From positions 56,544,001-56,608,000 of the forward strand of contig OZ076415.1 in NCBI GenBank assembly GCA_964187785.1: a DNA stretch of 64,000 nt. Direction: 5' to 3'. The notes beneath the pieces are model-generated. The model worked only from the letters and a program-made list of their open reading frames with translations, had not been told where the DNA came from and made no database searches. Shown piece by piece: positions 48,586-62,036 of this stretch. A program made the translations under genes and the position numbers. The DNA comes from Amphiscolops sp. MND2022 (Eukaryota). The stretch's first letter is position 1, and the number at the start of each line of letters is the position of its first letter.

Positions 48586-49142
48586 GGTTACCAGTCACAT
48601 GGCTTAAAACCATTTGGCTTAAATTTTTCGTCGAGTCATTTGGCTTAAAAATTTTAAGCCAAGTGACCACAAAATTAAGCCAACTCCATTCCAACTCAAG
48701 GAATAAATATGTCAACTCCCGGAAATATCATAATGTGGGGCACACGCGGTGTATGCACGCTCGCCCTCACCGTCGCAAAGACCAGCTCCCACTACGATCG
48801 CTTCGCGATCTTCGTTCCCGCTAGGTCTTTGCTCCTGTTCGACCTCGCTTAGCAAGATGAGAATATAAGCGGCCCCAAGGGGCCCCAGGGCACTAGAGGA
48901 AATGGGGACATATTCGAGGGGTACTTGATATGACATGTTATAATAATACGCTGACTACGTTGTTAAGATAAAATCGACAAACTCTGCCACGTGTTTTCAA
49001 CTAAGTGGTTTTAAGTCAAATGACTTTAAGCCAAGTGACCAATACCCGAGACACTTGGCTTTAAAAAATTAAGCCAAGTGACCAATTGTATTAAGCCAAA
49101 TGACTTTAAGACAGATGGCATTAAGCCAAGTGACCATTTACC
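48586..49142. mobile_element. Foldback MITE (Mutator/hAT-like) with ttaagccaagtgacc sub-repeats
   Basis: Termini GGTTACCAGTCACATGGCTTAA and TTAAGCCAAGTGACCATTTACC; flanks TGGCTAAC / TGACTAAC (7 of 8 match). Contains module E. Confidence 0.7.
48732..48859. repeat. Repeat module E (CGCTTCGCG-containing), copy 1
   Basis: aatgtggggcac...tgcacgctcgccctc...atcgcttcgcgatc...gacctcgcttagcaagatg; near-identical copy at 52705-52832. Confidence 0.8.
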
Positions 49143-49169
49143 TGACTAACCATAAGGCTTGACAGAATC

Positions 49170-52100
49170 CTGAAGGACATTAACATCCACAAAATAAGTA
49201 CCAATTTCCTGACTTCGAAACAAAATTTGAGAAAATTGAGAAAGAATTGTCTGATGATGGAAATGAATTTGAAATCATCTGAAAAATCTCTCACGAAGTT
49301 TATTGAGAGCAAAGTACCCTCTGGCTCATAAGTTGAGATACCAAACCGGATTACCAAAAATTTTGATCACGACACCAACAAAAGTCTGCGAACTTAGGGT
49401 ATCCCTGAAGATTTTGATAAACCAGCCAAGGAGAATAACCTACTGACAAATGAAAAAACTGAATGATGTTTTCTTTACACTAGGAGTCACCAGTCCAAAA
49501 GTTAACAAGAAAAGACTTGGAAAATTTGACAACTCTAGATCAAAGCCCAGAAAAATAATGGTTAAAGTATCGAAAGAATGGGAAAAGCGAACAGTTTTTG
49601 ACAAAGTATCGAAAAACGAACAGAACTGATGAACAAAAATATCTAAATACTACCAGCGTTAACGAGAGAAGAAGCATTCAAAGAAAATGCATGATTGAAC
49701 AGGGACGAGGTTTATTTCAAACAAAAATCGTCAGAAGTGCGCTCAAAATGAGAAATTTTGAACTTTTCTAAGATGATGTCAAACTTAAAATTACTCCTAC
49801 CGCCAAGTGACTATGTTCAAAAAACATGTTAGTCCTAAATGCAAATAGCTTGATAAACGTAGATTTGCGAAGAAATTTTTCTGCCCCTGTAATTGGGGGC
49901 GGTTTTCTAGTTGCATATGATAGCGAAACCTGGCTTCTTTCAAATATCTCTAATAGAGAGCTTTTTCTCCGAAATTATGAGCTTTATCGAGCTGATAGTC
50001 CCACTGGAGAAGACAACTTATCTACTCATGGTGGATCAGTTATTGCTGTATCTAAATGTCGTTGACCGATACACTGTGAGTGGTTTTGAACTAATGATAA
50101 CATTGTCAACGAGGTTCCAGAAAAACCGAAAACTTTTTTGTGGAGATATAAACTTCCCCAGACAATTGGAAATTTCTTAGTGAAGATGCTTTTGAGAGTG
50201 AGGTCTTAACTTTTTTCGATAAAGACTGTCTGCAGCAAGCAGTAACTATTCCAACTTGCGGGAAGAACACTCTTGATATTGTTTTACATAGAAACCTCTC
50301 AAAACTTTGCGAAGAAAATCATATTGTTGCAAAATTGTTAATATATCAAATCATACTCCTGTTGCCCTTGAAATGGAAATGCCCATCTACATACACCAAA
50401 CTGATTCAGAGACTGCATACAGTTTCCATGCTTTTGATTATGATAGACTTTTAACTATTATGTAAAGTTCTCCTTTCAGGCCGTCTCGTTACTCGAACAT
50501 AGATAAATGGTAAACGAATGTTTATCTCAATGATATTTTTGAAAAAAATGTCCCCCGACGAACGCTTCACAGATAAACGTTACCAATTTGGTTCCCCCGG
50601 AGACCTCTCATTTTTTCAAAATACTTGAAACGCAGAGGAAATTACTGAAGTGGAAACCAACTGCGTACCGAAACAAAAGATTAAAATACTGGAATACGAG
50701 TTTTGGAAGTCGAGTGAGCAGAATACAATTGACCATCAAACGAAAATTGCGGAAGCCCGAAACACTGATTTGTTGTTCAAACATTTCAAACGAATGAGTA
50801 AAGCGTCCGCTCGTCCTTCAGCAGTTGTTCTAAACGGACAAGAGACTAACAGCGTCAAAGAAACGTTAAACCTTTTCAAAAATTACTTCCAGTCTGTTTA
50901 TTTGCAGAAAAACGAGTCACTAAGTGACATTTGTTGGAAAGGCCCAAAACCAACAATTTTCAACACATCAGTTATTATCATCCGAGAGTACCTCGACGAT
51001 TTGGATGAGACTAAACCTAGAGGCCCTGATGGAATTCGGCCTTCGTTCATCAAAAACTTGGCTGCACCTCTGAGCCAAGCACCCAAACTTATCTACAGAA
51101 AAGTTAAAAGACAGAAAAGAATACCAAAAGTGTGGAAAATCGGCGATATTTCACCTAGTCACAAAATGTTCGGAAAGAAAGATGTGTCAAGTTACCGACC
51201 AGCAGCAATACTTCATATATTCGAGAAAGTCTCTGGAAAGTGCCTGTACTCGCCTATTTACGACTGTTCTTTAGACAAAATAACTTCTTCCCATCATGGT
51301 TTTGTCGAAAACAAATCTGTCAAAACAAATTTGCTTTCTTTTCTACAGAAAAGTTACAATAGCAATGACGACCCAACAACTAAATTGCATTGAATGCAGA
51401 CATGGGGAAGCTTTTAACAAAGATCCTAATTTTGAGTTACTTCAAAAGGCTTCTACAATAGGAATTGGGTGTCTCGTGGAGGTTCCCAACGATTCCTTAA
51501 CAGCTCGATACCAAAATGTCCGTCGCGGCGAGGAACGCTCTGAACAACTTCTCTTAACAAGTGGGAAACCGCAATGGTCTGTTATTGGACTGTTGCTGTT
51601 GTCCTATGTTTATCAACAATCTACCAGATAATTTAATCAATATTGAAGCTTTATTATATGCTGACGAAATGTTTTATAATACATTATAATATCAAATGTT
51701 TTATGATTACATTCCAAGGCACAACGGAAGAACAATTCTATTTGAGTAATTTACCTCCCCTGGGACTTACATCTGCCAAAAATCTTGGATTGATGGTAAC
51801 TAGTAAGTTGTCATGGTCGACCCAAATGGAAAGCAAAATTCGTAAAGCCAACACAGTTTTCATCTTTAACAAAAGAAACACCTCTGCTTTTCAAATGCGA
51901 GTCAGGTTATATTTGTGTACACTATGTTGCTGCCACTTTTGTCATTTGCTTGTTGCTGCTTCAGTCATTCCAGAACCAATTTATAATTACTGGAAAAGTT
52001 CCAGAAAAGTTTTATTTAGTCCTCAAATGGTTATGCTGCGACCATCGTTCGACTCACAAAAAGCTTCTCTTAAAATGCAACATTCTACCAGTGTCTATGT

Positions 52101-52550
52101 TCTTCCAACTAAAGAACCTGTTTTTCCTGTCAAAGTACTTACACGAAATGCGCTTCACGGGGGTAGACTTGAGTATTACAACGACAATAACTAAAAACGG
52201 TAGAATGATGTTGATATAAAACTGCCCGTACTAAGGAAACTCGCGTTGAGTTCTGTTTCAGGATATGCCGACTTGCGAACAAATTTCCGGAGATATTGGC
52301 AGTTTTCGAACCTTTGGGCCTCAACAATAGAATTCTGGACTTTATGTGGCAACACTTCCACCAGCTCTGTCTTGAAGACAAATTGTGCACCTACCAAATA
52401 TACTGTGACTGCCAAAGCTGCCGAAACACAACTAGGACAACTTGATAACAACTGTCGGGGAGAAGTCCTTCAGCCTAGCTGTAAAGTCACAAACACAACA
52501 ACAACTGTCCCCAGGTGCACGTTTCGATGATTACAACCGATCAATGTCAT
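49170..52550 (+). mobile_element. Heavily decayed CR1/L2-group LINE (ORF1 remnant, APE, RT, C-terminal CxCxxC)
   Basis: ORF1-like KRLGKF...KPRKIMVK; APE MLVLNANSL, ETWL, YRAD...HGGSVIAV, CGDINFP; RT GPDGI, YRPAAIL; terminal CTYQIYCDCQSCR near 52440. Confidence 0.8.
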
Positions 52551-52574
52551 TATAGTATGGGAATCGTTTTCACA

Positions 52575-53045
52575 TGGTGACATGTCCAGAATTAATATTT
52601 TTTGTACAAACTGGATCATTAATTTCTACAAACTGGACATCCTCCACTCAAGATCCTGAGAGCTCCACCGCCTCAGATCTGAAAGAATAAGATCTAAAAA
52701 CCTAAATGTGCGGCATATCCGGTGTATGCACGCTCGCCCTCATCGTCGCAAAGAGCAGCTCCCACAACGATCGCTTCGCGATCTCCGTTCCTGCTAGGTC
52801 TTTGCTCCTGTTCGACCTCGCTTAGCAAGATGGGGACATAAAATCCCCATAACCGAGGCAAGTTTTATACTTTGCATCATTCCTACATTACATTTACAAA
52901 CTCGATTCTACAAACTGTTTCTCTAAAAACTGGACTGTTTTTCTACAAACTGGTCGTTAAAATAATACCATGGTCCAGTTTGAAGAGAAGAAATTCTACA
53001 AACTGGACCTCGCTTTTCTACAAACAGGATTCTACATAATCGACC
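52575..53045. repeat. Element with ctacaaactgg sub-repeats containing module E copy 2 (52705-52832)
   Basis: About 8 copies of (t)ctacaaactg(g) on both sides of module E; no TSD found. Confidence 0.55.
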
Positions 53046-54242
53046 AACAGCTAGCAAGCAACAACATCAAAAAAGATAAAAGTCTTTTCATCGAGAATAA
53101 AAAGAATGAAATCAGAAAAGACACGAGCGAGAACCAACTGATTTAGAACTAGCATGTCCGAAAGGGTCCTCCAACTGGTTGAATGCACTACCGTTAAAAC
53201 GATATAATTTCAGTTTATGGGAGTCTGAGTTTCCTGACGTATTGGGTTTGATATGTCTGGGAGGCCAGAAACCTACCCTCGAAAAATTGATGCGTTAAAA
53301 ATTTTATCGTGTCTCATGCAATGCATTGCGCAAAGTATATATAACATTACAAAAGGTGAACATTACGCAAAAAAGTCTATTATTACAGAGTTACCTGCAT
53401 TATCTATTGTCTCGCTAAAACGTGTCAACAATTCAATTATATTGCGTTCGAGATATGATTGGCGCCTATTAAATTTTTTTAATTCTTTTTTCATACAGTT
53501 CGTCTCCGTATATGGTTTCTTGTCCTCTCTGCTTTTTATAACTCCCCCTTTTTCTAAAAAGCGAAAACGTAAAAAGCGAAATTGCGTACTCGACTGCCAC
53601 ATCAGTAGCTGAAAAATGTTTCAGGTTGGAAACATTTACCAGTTTCCAAGATATTGAAAGTTTTTTCTTCCATTCACCCAAATTTAACAAAAAATAACTT
53701 TGTTACCTAGCGGTCCGTAATGAAAAGGCACATATTCAGTTGGACTGAACTTTTCTGGATTCCTGCCGCTCTTTTTGCGCACGGTTGAAGTTTGAGCTGT
53801 TTGTCCTCATCGATGAGTCACGCTTTTGACTTTTCAAGGTAAATTTCGGTAAAAATTAAAAAAACTTTTTCCACAAAATTATGCTTTAATATAAAATTTT
53901 TGTTGTCGGACACTGTTGTTATTCATATGCAAAAACACCTTCTTTCCTTCAAACTTTTTTCAAACATGTAGCAAAACGGACGGACTCTCAAAATGAAATT
54001 AGTTTTTGATTGGTCTCATATATTTTCGCAAATTATGCTCTCGAAATTCTCGTCAAAAAAGCCTGCTGTTAACTTTTCCACGTTTTTTGCAGCTTAGACG
54101 TTAGAAACTAGACAATATTGACTTAGCACTCAAACTATTGCCGTTGATCTTCTGTTGACAGTTATTTGATTCAAATTCTCTGTTTACTGGTGAGCTTTTG
54201 AAGAAATTTGTTATTAATTAAAGATGTTCATTGATGTACGGA

Positions 54243-54432
54243 TGAAGTAATTATAAGATAGGCTTGAGAAAAGAAGTTAAGATCAACGTTTACTCCAGCT
54301 AAAAGTTTACTATAATGATGTCAGCTTTAAATTAAGGGTTAAATAATTGTTGGTAAACAATAATGATAACAAGTTCAAACTAAAAATAGCAACAGTAATT
54401 GATATAAAGTTGTTTGTCAACAGTCTACTTCA
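54243..54432 (-). repeat. 3' LTR of Gypsy element 2
   Basis: Direct repeat of 60001-60190. Confidence 0.95.
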
Positions 54433-57400
54433 TTCCCCCTTCTTTGATTGGATGAGAATTGTCAAATGGGTGTGATTGTCCGTTGCTGTCCATTATGTTG
54501 TTGTGTCCGGTTATCCGTCCAATGTCTGGTACTATTTTCTCCGGTGTTCCGTGAGAGGCTTGTTGTTTTTCCGGTTGTGGGTTGGGTATATCTTTTTGGC
54601 GTTTTACTGGTCGCCCTCTTCGTTTCGCTCCGGCATCTCCTCTGAGCATTCCTGTAGTGGTGGCAGATTGAGTCGTTTTGCTGTGTTTCCTGTAATCAGA
54701 TTGGTTAACTGGGTTATTTAGTCTAACGATTGGGTTTGTTTTTGTTAGCCTCTTTGACCGGCGTAGATTAGTATTTTCTAGTTGTTCTAAGTCATTCTCT
54801 ATTTCGGTACTAGAGCTTAAGTTACTTGCTAAATCTGATTTTGACATGTCTAGCTTGTTTTCTGTTTTTTCGTTGTTATAAAATGTTACCTTACGGGATT
54901 TGTCTCTGATTTGGATTTCTTGTCCTGACTGTATGGAGTCTTTTATTGTTTGATCAATGTCGAACTCCGACATTTGGTCTGTGTTAATTGTAAGCGTTCC
55001 AGTTCCTGTGTTGTTTTGTTGGCCCGGTGTATTGTCTGGTGTTGGCGGTGTGCTTTCTCGCGTAATCCGGGGCCTTTCCCTGCCGTCTGTGCTTGTCCGT
55101 TTAATGGTGGGCGGTTCTGGGCTGGTGCCCAGATCTTCTTCTGATGGGGATTTTTCGGGGGAGTGTTTTGATTTGTCTTGTTTCCTGGCAAATCTCCCGT
55201 CTGGTCCTCTTGGGCCCGTCCCTTTGTTTGTTGGTTCCTGTTCAAATGTATTAAAAGGTTTGCTAATCAATATACGGTGAATTATTTTATTATCTGAAGT
55301 AGTCACGGTATGTTTCGTTCCAGTTACTGCCGTTTGTAGGTGTTCTGAGTATGGACTTTCAATTTTATCTTTTGATTTTCTCGTTCGAAGAATTGAAACG
55401 GGTATTTACTTACCGTTTTAGCTCCTTTTCTCTTTTGTTTCATTGGTAGATGGTCGGAGCTACCGCCGTCTCCACTGAATGTGTATACCTGTAGGGTATC
55501 TGGTCTTGCTGAAATGAAGTTATTGGTTATCGATTTAGTTTTGTCTAGTTTCAACTTATTGCTCCATTCCGTGTTTGGCTCTCTGCCAAAGTGTAATTCG
55601 AACGCGGATTTTCTTAGCCTAGTGTGTGGTGTAGTCCGCATCACACTTAGTGCTAAGTCCAATGCTTTTCCAAATGGTTCTCCGTCCTTAATGTTAGTTA
55701 GGTTTTCTTTCAAAGTACGTACTCCTCCCTCTACTAGGCCGGTAGGGGTGTGTTCATACGGTGTCCGGTATATTAGTTTTATGAATTTGTTTTTGCAAAA
55801 TTCTCTAAATTGTCGTCCGGTAAAGGCTGTTGCCTTGTCCGTTCTTATCGTTTTTGGTATACCGTTTAGGTTACAGTATTGTTCCAAAAATTTTGTCGCT
55901 GTTTCGCCATCTGTAGATTTACACAAACTGGCGGCTGGCCATTTGCTATACCTGTCCATAGAGAGTAAAATATAAAATCTACGGTTCTGGTCCGTGATTG
56001 GTCCGATGAAATCCAGTTGGATTTCTTCGTTCGGTGCGCTTAATGGAGGTAAACTATTTTGTTCCGTTTTTGGTTTATTAGGTTTTATGTTCTTACCGGA
56101 AAGTTTGCATGGTATGCAGCTGTCGCATTTTCGTTGTATGGCTTCCGTCAATTTGGGCCACCAGAAATGTTTTGCGGAGAGAGTCATCTTGTTTATGGCC
56201 GGATGTCCTTTGTGCAGCAAGCTTATGACGGTTGTTCTCAGGTTGATTGGAACTAAGATTTCGTCTTCGAAGAATACTAAACCATAGCGTGTTGACAGCT
56301 TCTTTTTGTACTCGTTCGGGATGTTGTCGTACTGTTGACGCTCCAGGCAGACAAGTGTTTTTAGTAGCTTGGGATCGTTTGTTGTTTCCGTCATCAGTAA
56401 CTGCAGGTCTGTGGCGAAATCTTTTTCCGTTTCACGGACGTTTTGTTCCAGGTCCCAGCTGTTTTGTTCGAGTGCTTCGACTCTTGGGGCGTGCCCCATC
56501 TTTATGTATTGCACGTTTTTTATTCCAATGTAGTTTGCCCAGTTAATGGTGGGCACCTCCAGTACCGACGGTGCTAGTTCGGAGTCGCTGGAAATCTATC
56601 CTTCTTCCATGGCAATGTCTTTTTGGGTGGCCGGTTGTGATTTTGATGTCCCCGGCTGTTCGTTTTTGCTTCGCTGAACGAACCCTCCTCGAAAATTTTG
56701 CGGAGCCGGTGCGGTAAATTGCCAGTTAGCGGTGTATTCGTATGGTTGTTGTGGCCGGTTTCGAATTTCCTTGGGCCGGGCTTTCTAGTCTCTGGACAAG
56801 TTCGGAAAGTCTTTCTTCTATGTCTCGTTTTTCTCCGCGCAAGGATTTCAGTTCATGGTTCTTTTTTCCATTTACCATTTGAGAGTCGGTATATCCCTGG
56901 CTTTACTATATTTCGCCACCGCTCTAGCAGATTTATTGTTTCTTGAGAGTTGTCGATTCGCTCCAAGTTATCTATTGTTTTGGCGTCCATTGTTTTAAAG
57001 TTTGTCTGAATTTGACGAGTTGTGCTGCTTGTTTTGATGCGGTCAATGCTATTATTGGCGTTCTGTTCACGTGTGCCTTCCGTTGACGGCTGTTTGTTTG
57101 TTTTCGTTCCTTTTGACGTTTCGCTGCGTGCTTGTGATTGGACGAAATGGTTGCTAAGGCAACCAACTTTTGAAACAAATTCGTAGTGCGGTACTATGCT
57201 GTTAACTACGTACTATTCTCCGTATGCTTCGTCTTGTTGTGGCGGTGCGTTTGGATTCCTACTCAAGTAATCCGTCAAAGCTAGATGCTTTCCCGTGATG
57301 TGATTCACGTTAATTGTGAAATGTGCTAATCGGTCCATCCATCTAGTTAAACGGGCGCTGTATGTTTTATTTGAGCGGTTGCGTTTAATTAATGGTTCGA

Positions 57401-58938
57401 GAGCCTGATGATCGGTCAGTAGTTTTATCGTTTTGCCGTTTATGTATAAACGGAAATGTTCTAGGCCCCATACGACTGCCAATACTTCTATTTCATTGGC
57501 GTTTTTTTTCGGTATCCGATAGAAATCTGCTTGCAAATGCTATCGGCTTTAGTTCGCCATTATGTTGTTCCTGCCAGAGAGTTGCGCCCAGGCCTTTTGT
57601 GCTGGCGTTTGTTGTTATTGTATTCGGTAGATTGGAGTTGTAGTGTGCTAAACACGGTATCTCCGTGATTTTATTTTTTAATTGTGTAAATGCTTCGGAA
57701 TGTTCTGGTGTCCAGATTCATTCATTATTTTTTTCAGTAATTGTCTCAGTAAATCCATTTGAGTTGACAAGTTTTCGATATATTTTGACGAATATTGAAT
57801 TGCCCCCAGAAAGGATTTCAATTCTTTTTCGTTCTTTGGTTCCTTTATTTCTTGTATGGCTTTGAGTTTATCTTGCAACGGTCTAATACCGTTTTGGTCA
57901 ATTTTGTGTCCCACCGATTCTATTTCCGATTTAAACAATTCGGTTTTGTTTTCGCTCAGTTTTTACCTGCGTTTTCTAATTCTGTTAATACGTCTATTAG
58001 CTCGCGCTTGTGTTGTTCTTTCGTTCCTTTGGTGACTACTAATATGTCGTCTAACCACGCCGGGTGTTTCTTTTCCAATAATTGGTCAATCTTTTCTTGG
58101 AATATGACCGGGATGTCCGCCAAGCCGTAGAAGCCTTTGAGGAATCTATAGTAGCCGGTAAAGTTCCCTCCGGTTACCGCAAACACGCATAGGTCCCTTG
58201 CGTTTTTTGATAACGGTAGTTGACCGTATACGTAGTCCAGGTCGAATTTTGATATCCATATCTCGTCTGCTTCTCCGACAGCATTTTTTCTGGATATTCT
58301 GGATATTAATGCCTCCATTTGCGCTTTTCTTTTCACGGTGATTTCATTGAGTTTCCGTGAATCTAAGGCAATTTTTATCGTTTTGTCTTTTTTGACTGTG
58401 ATAACGGCTGGGCTGACGAAGCAGTTTTCGCCAATATCGGTAGCTTTTTCGATATGGCCGTTCTTCGTTAATTTCTCAATTTCTTTACAGACTGCCGGTT
58501 GTAGGTGAATCGGTATCGGTCGACCTTTTTGTTGTATCAATTTTGCGTTTGGTTTTAGTTGGATGTCTACTTCTATTCCTTTCACGGTTTTTTTTCAGGG
58601 CCGTGATGTCTGGATCTTCTTGGATGTTTTGTATTTTTGAATATGGTGTCTCGATGTTTACACTTATTCCCAGATGATTCATCCATTCTAATCCAAGTAA
58701 TGGGTTTGTTCTTTTTGTGGTAATCAGTAACTCTAGTTTTTTTCTTTTCTCCATCTATTTCGATGTTTGCCATTGTTTTTCCCTCGAATTTAATTTTGTT
58801 GTTGTTTACATCTCGGTAATCTTCGTTCAACGGATATATTGTTGTAATGCCGTCGAATTTTTGTTTTGGTATCAGAGTGACCGGTGATCCGCTGTCTATT
58901 ATGAATTTGATTGGACGGTTGTTGACCAATACCGTCAC
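54425..58938 (-). pseudogene. pol: pol of Gypsy element 2 (PR, RT, RH, long linker, INT, low-complexity tail); frameshifted
   Basis: FIIDSGSP; IALDSRKLN, WLDDILV; EVLAVVWGLEHF, LTDHQAL; LHKGHP...CDSC, QLDFIGP, IRTDKATAF. Confidence 0.9.
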
Positions 58939-58989
58939 CGTGAAGAATGGTTGTCCGTCTTTGGATTTTTGTCTTGTTGAATGGACCGT

Positions 58990-59971
58990 GTTGTTTATTG
59001 AATGTATTTTGTTTGGTGTCCAGTTATCTTCTTCTGCATTGGTAGCTTCGGAGTCTTGATGAATGTGTTTTTATTCTTCGGTCCGTGTTTTGTTTTGATC
59101 GGCATAATCTTGCGTAATGACCGATTTTTCCGCAGTTTAAGCACTTTTTTGTCTTTGCCGGACAATCATGTGATTTGTTCCAGTTCGGTGCCCCGCATCT
59201 GATACAGTCTACTTTTCTGAATTTGTTTTGTATTTCTTTTTCTGGTTTCTGGTAGGTTCTTTTTCTATCCACGTGCTTGATTTTTGTTTCTTCTTCGGAA
59301 TCTTTCGATTCATTCATTTTTCGTACATGTATTCGTGGATTGTGTCGGTAATTGCTTCCACCGACATGTCCCTTTTCTTTATTTTCTTTTTCAGGTCGTT
59401 ATCGCCTGTCGTTTTTCCAATAACGGATAGGAATTTTGATGCGAGCAATTCGGCTGACGTTATTTCTTCGAATTCGCAATTCTTCTCTATTTCTAGAATG
59501 CGTTTCCTCGTTTCCGCAGCTGATTCTCCTGGTTCTCGTTTTAGATTGAAAAAATCTGCTCTGCTGTGGTGTTTGTTCCTCTCGGGAATGAAATGGAGTC
59601 TGAAGAGTGTGTAAAGTCGGTGTAATGGTAGGGAATTTGGTCCCTTCTCTTACCGTCTTTGTCATTTCCGTGATCGCTGATTGACCAATCGCCCATATGA
59701 ATACATCTTTGAGTTCTTCCTCCAACTGCTCTCTGAATTGTGGCAGTATCTCTTTGGAGTTGATAATTTTCGATAAGTCGATTTCGCGGGTCATCTTGAT
59801 GTATTGGACGAACTTTCTCCACCATAGTTTTGTATTGGTGTGGTCATTCTTTTCGAGGATCGGAATGGGTAGCTTTTGTGTAGCTGTCCGTTCTACCGAT
59901 CTCGTCGTTGTATTGTTTGGAAGGGATTGGCTGTTACTCTGTCCCGTTATGTTGCCTTCTTCGTCTTCCAT
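58990..59971 (-). pseudogene. gag: gag of Gypsy element 2 with two zinc knuckles; frameshifted
   Basis: ATG at 59971; CIRCGAPNWNKSHDC and CLNCGKIGHYARLC. Confidence 0.82.
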
Positions 59972-60000
59972 TGCAATTCTTTAAATTGTTGACTGTGCCA

Positions 60001-60190
60001 TGAAGTAATTCTAAGATAGGCTTGAGAAAAGAAGTTAAGATCAACGTTTACTCTAGCTGAAAGTTTACTATAACGATGTCAGCGTTAGATTAAGGGTTAA
60101 ATAGTTGTCGGTAAACAATAATGATAATAAGTTCAAACTAAAAATAGCAACAGTAATTGATATAAAGTTGTTTGTCAACAGTCTACTTCA
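60001..60190 (-). repeat. 5' LTR of Gypsy element 2
   Basis: Direct repeat of 54243-54432, followed on the minus strand by the PBS. Confidence 0.95.
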
Positions 60191-61000
60191 ACGGAATTCC
60201 TTTCTTTTGACAATTTCATGAGTTAGGATAATTGAAGTCAATCGTGGTTCTAAGCCCAGTAATCATGGTCATTCAAGACACAATTCTTAGCCTCTCTTCA
60301 ATTTTGATACCAGCGTTATTGGTCAGCGCCTTTTGACAGAAAGTACTCAACTCTTAGGGACAAGTTTTTATTTTTTTCTCAAAAGATGACAGTTTACACC
60401 CTGAAATGTCAACTTTTTACAAACTACTAGCCTAAAGGGTACTTGAGGGTACTGTTTTTCAATTTCATACATTATATTGGATCTACGAAACTGAAAGAGT
60501 GCAAAGATTTTTCCCTTTGACTTTCCGGACTGTGCGACTTTTATTGGAAAATTTGCAACTTCACAGAAAGTCCCCCCTGTTTTCGTATACTAAACTAAGG
60601 AGATAACGTTACAACATGCCAATTCAAGTGGACTCGTGTACTACCCTTTTTATATGAGAAAATTCACATTATCAGCAAAATTTTTCGATTTGACGTAAAA
60701 ATACTTACATGAAGCTGTTTCTCTTCTAAGTATTGGCTTGCCACGAACTACGTTGGTGTAGACGAAGTTTTTAGTTATACGAACAAAGGCTGTCCTAATG
60801 AATTCGGCCCCGCGGTTTTCAGGAATTGACTCAGGGTTTTCTCACTTGGCCTTACTGTTTCAGGAAAAGAGGATAGAGAATTATTGAAAAACTCTTTCAG
60901 ACACGGCTCATTTTCTATTTGACTGTTTTGAGGCATCCATTAAACGGGCGTTTGCCTCTGGTTCGTTGTTTTGTTTGTAACATTCAACAGATAATAAGGT

Positions 61001-61417
61001 TTTTAGTCGGCGCTTCATGAAGTGAAACGCGGCTATTATAGTGACTTCCTTTTCAATCCACACGAACTGACCAAAATTGTTCTACAAGGTTCTACGAAAT
61101 TTTATAGTGTCAAATTGAACCATTTGGCTTAGCGAACTGAACCAAACAGGTTTTTCTGCGTAACACAGTACCGGGCGAGACTAAAGCGTCCACTTTCATG
61201 TTTTTCGTCACTGTAAGACTTTTTCGAAAACAAAAGGGTCCATTTTTTTGGTTTGGCGACAGAATGGATGTTGAAAAAACCCAAAGGGTCCCCCTTTTAG
61301 CGGTAATTCGATTCAACTTTTTTTGGGTATTGTAAAAGAATACTTGATACTTTGAAGTCCTTTTGCTATTTTTGAGCCTTAGATATGGCGCCGAATTATA
61401 CTGTTCCCGACTTGTTT
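61001..61417 (+). mobile_element. Repeat family B, copy 3
   Basis: ttttagtcggcgc ... gatatggcgccgaattatactgttcccgacttgttt. Confidence 0.7.
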
Positions 61418-62036
61418 AAATAATATCGAATAACAGAAAATCTTTTGTACAGAAAAAACCTAGAGCTTCCGGTTTTTTTGGCACTTTGGGATAGTTTTCA
61501 TAAAAACGATTTATCATATTTGAAAAACTGCGCCTCTTGAGCGGGGTTCAGATTGGAAACGTTTCCAGTTTTGTTGAATATTGTGGAAGCAATCAATTGA
61601 CTTCAAAGATATGAAGTGGGATGTCGTTTCACGATCTAGTATAATTGATGAACATTTTGTGAGTTTCGATTCTTTCCATTTGTCGGTAAAGCAATGGCGT
61701 CTCCTTAAGATTAGTGGAAGTTTTTTTGAACATGTTGAAACTTTTAATGTGAACATTGCCGTCCAGGCAATAATTGTAGCGTCTCATGGGTTTCAACGAA
61801 GAAAAACACGATGTACAAACGTGAAAGATTGAAGAATTTGGTTTTCCGTTTCCGATCTCTGGAAAGCTGCCTGAAATACTCCTTTTGATGTTTTCAATTA
61901 TGTACCAAGAATTCAACAAGATGTGTAAGTGGTGATAACAAAGTGGGATAGGGAACAACCAACGCCAAAGATGTTTTCGAGAGTTGCTATATGAAAATTG
62001 TTGGTAATATTAAAGGAGTTTGACTCACTTGAATAA

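Larger units (their letters stand above)
54243..60190 (-). mobile_element. Env-less Ty3/Gypsy LTR retrotransposon (Mag-like), 5.9 kb, decayed
   Basis: 190-bp LTRs TG...CA at 54243-54432 and 60001-60190 (9 mismatches, about 95%); TSD ACGGA (54238-54242, 60191-60195); PBS TGGCACAGTCAAC; PPT AAAGAAGGGGGAA. Confidence 0.95.

Noticed and set aside
48732-52832. 128-bp direct repeats flanking the decayed LINE, as if LTRs
   Set aside because: No TG...CA ends, PBS, PPT or TSD; each copy sits in a different foldback host and the enclosed element is non-LTR.
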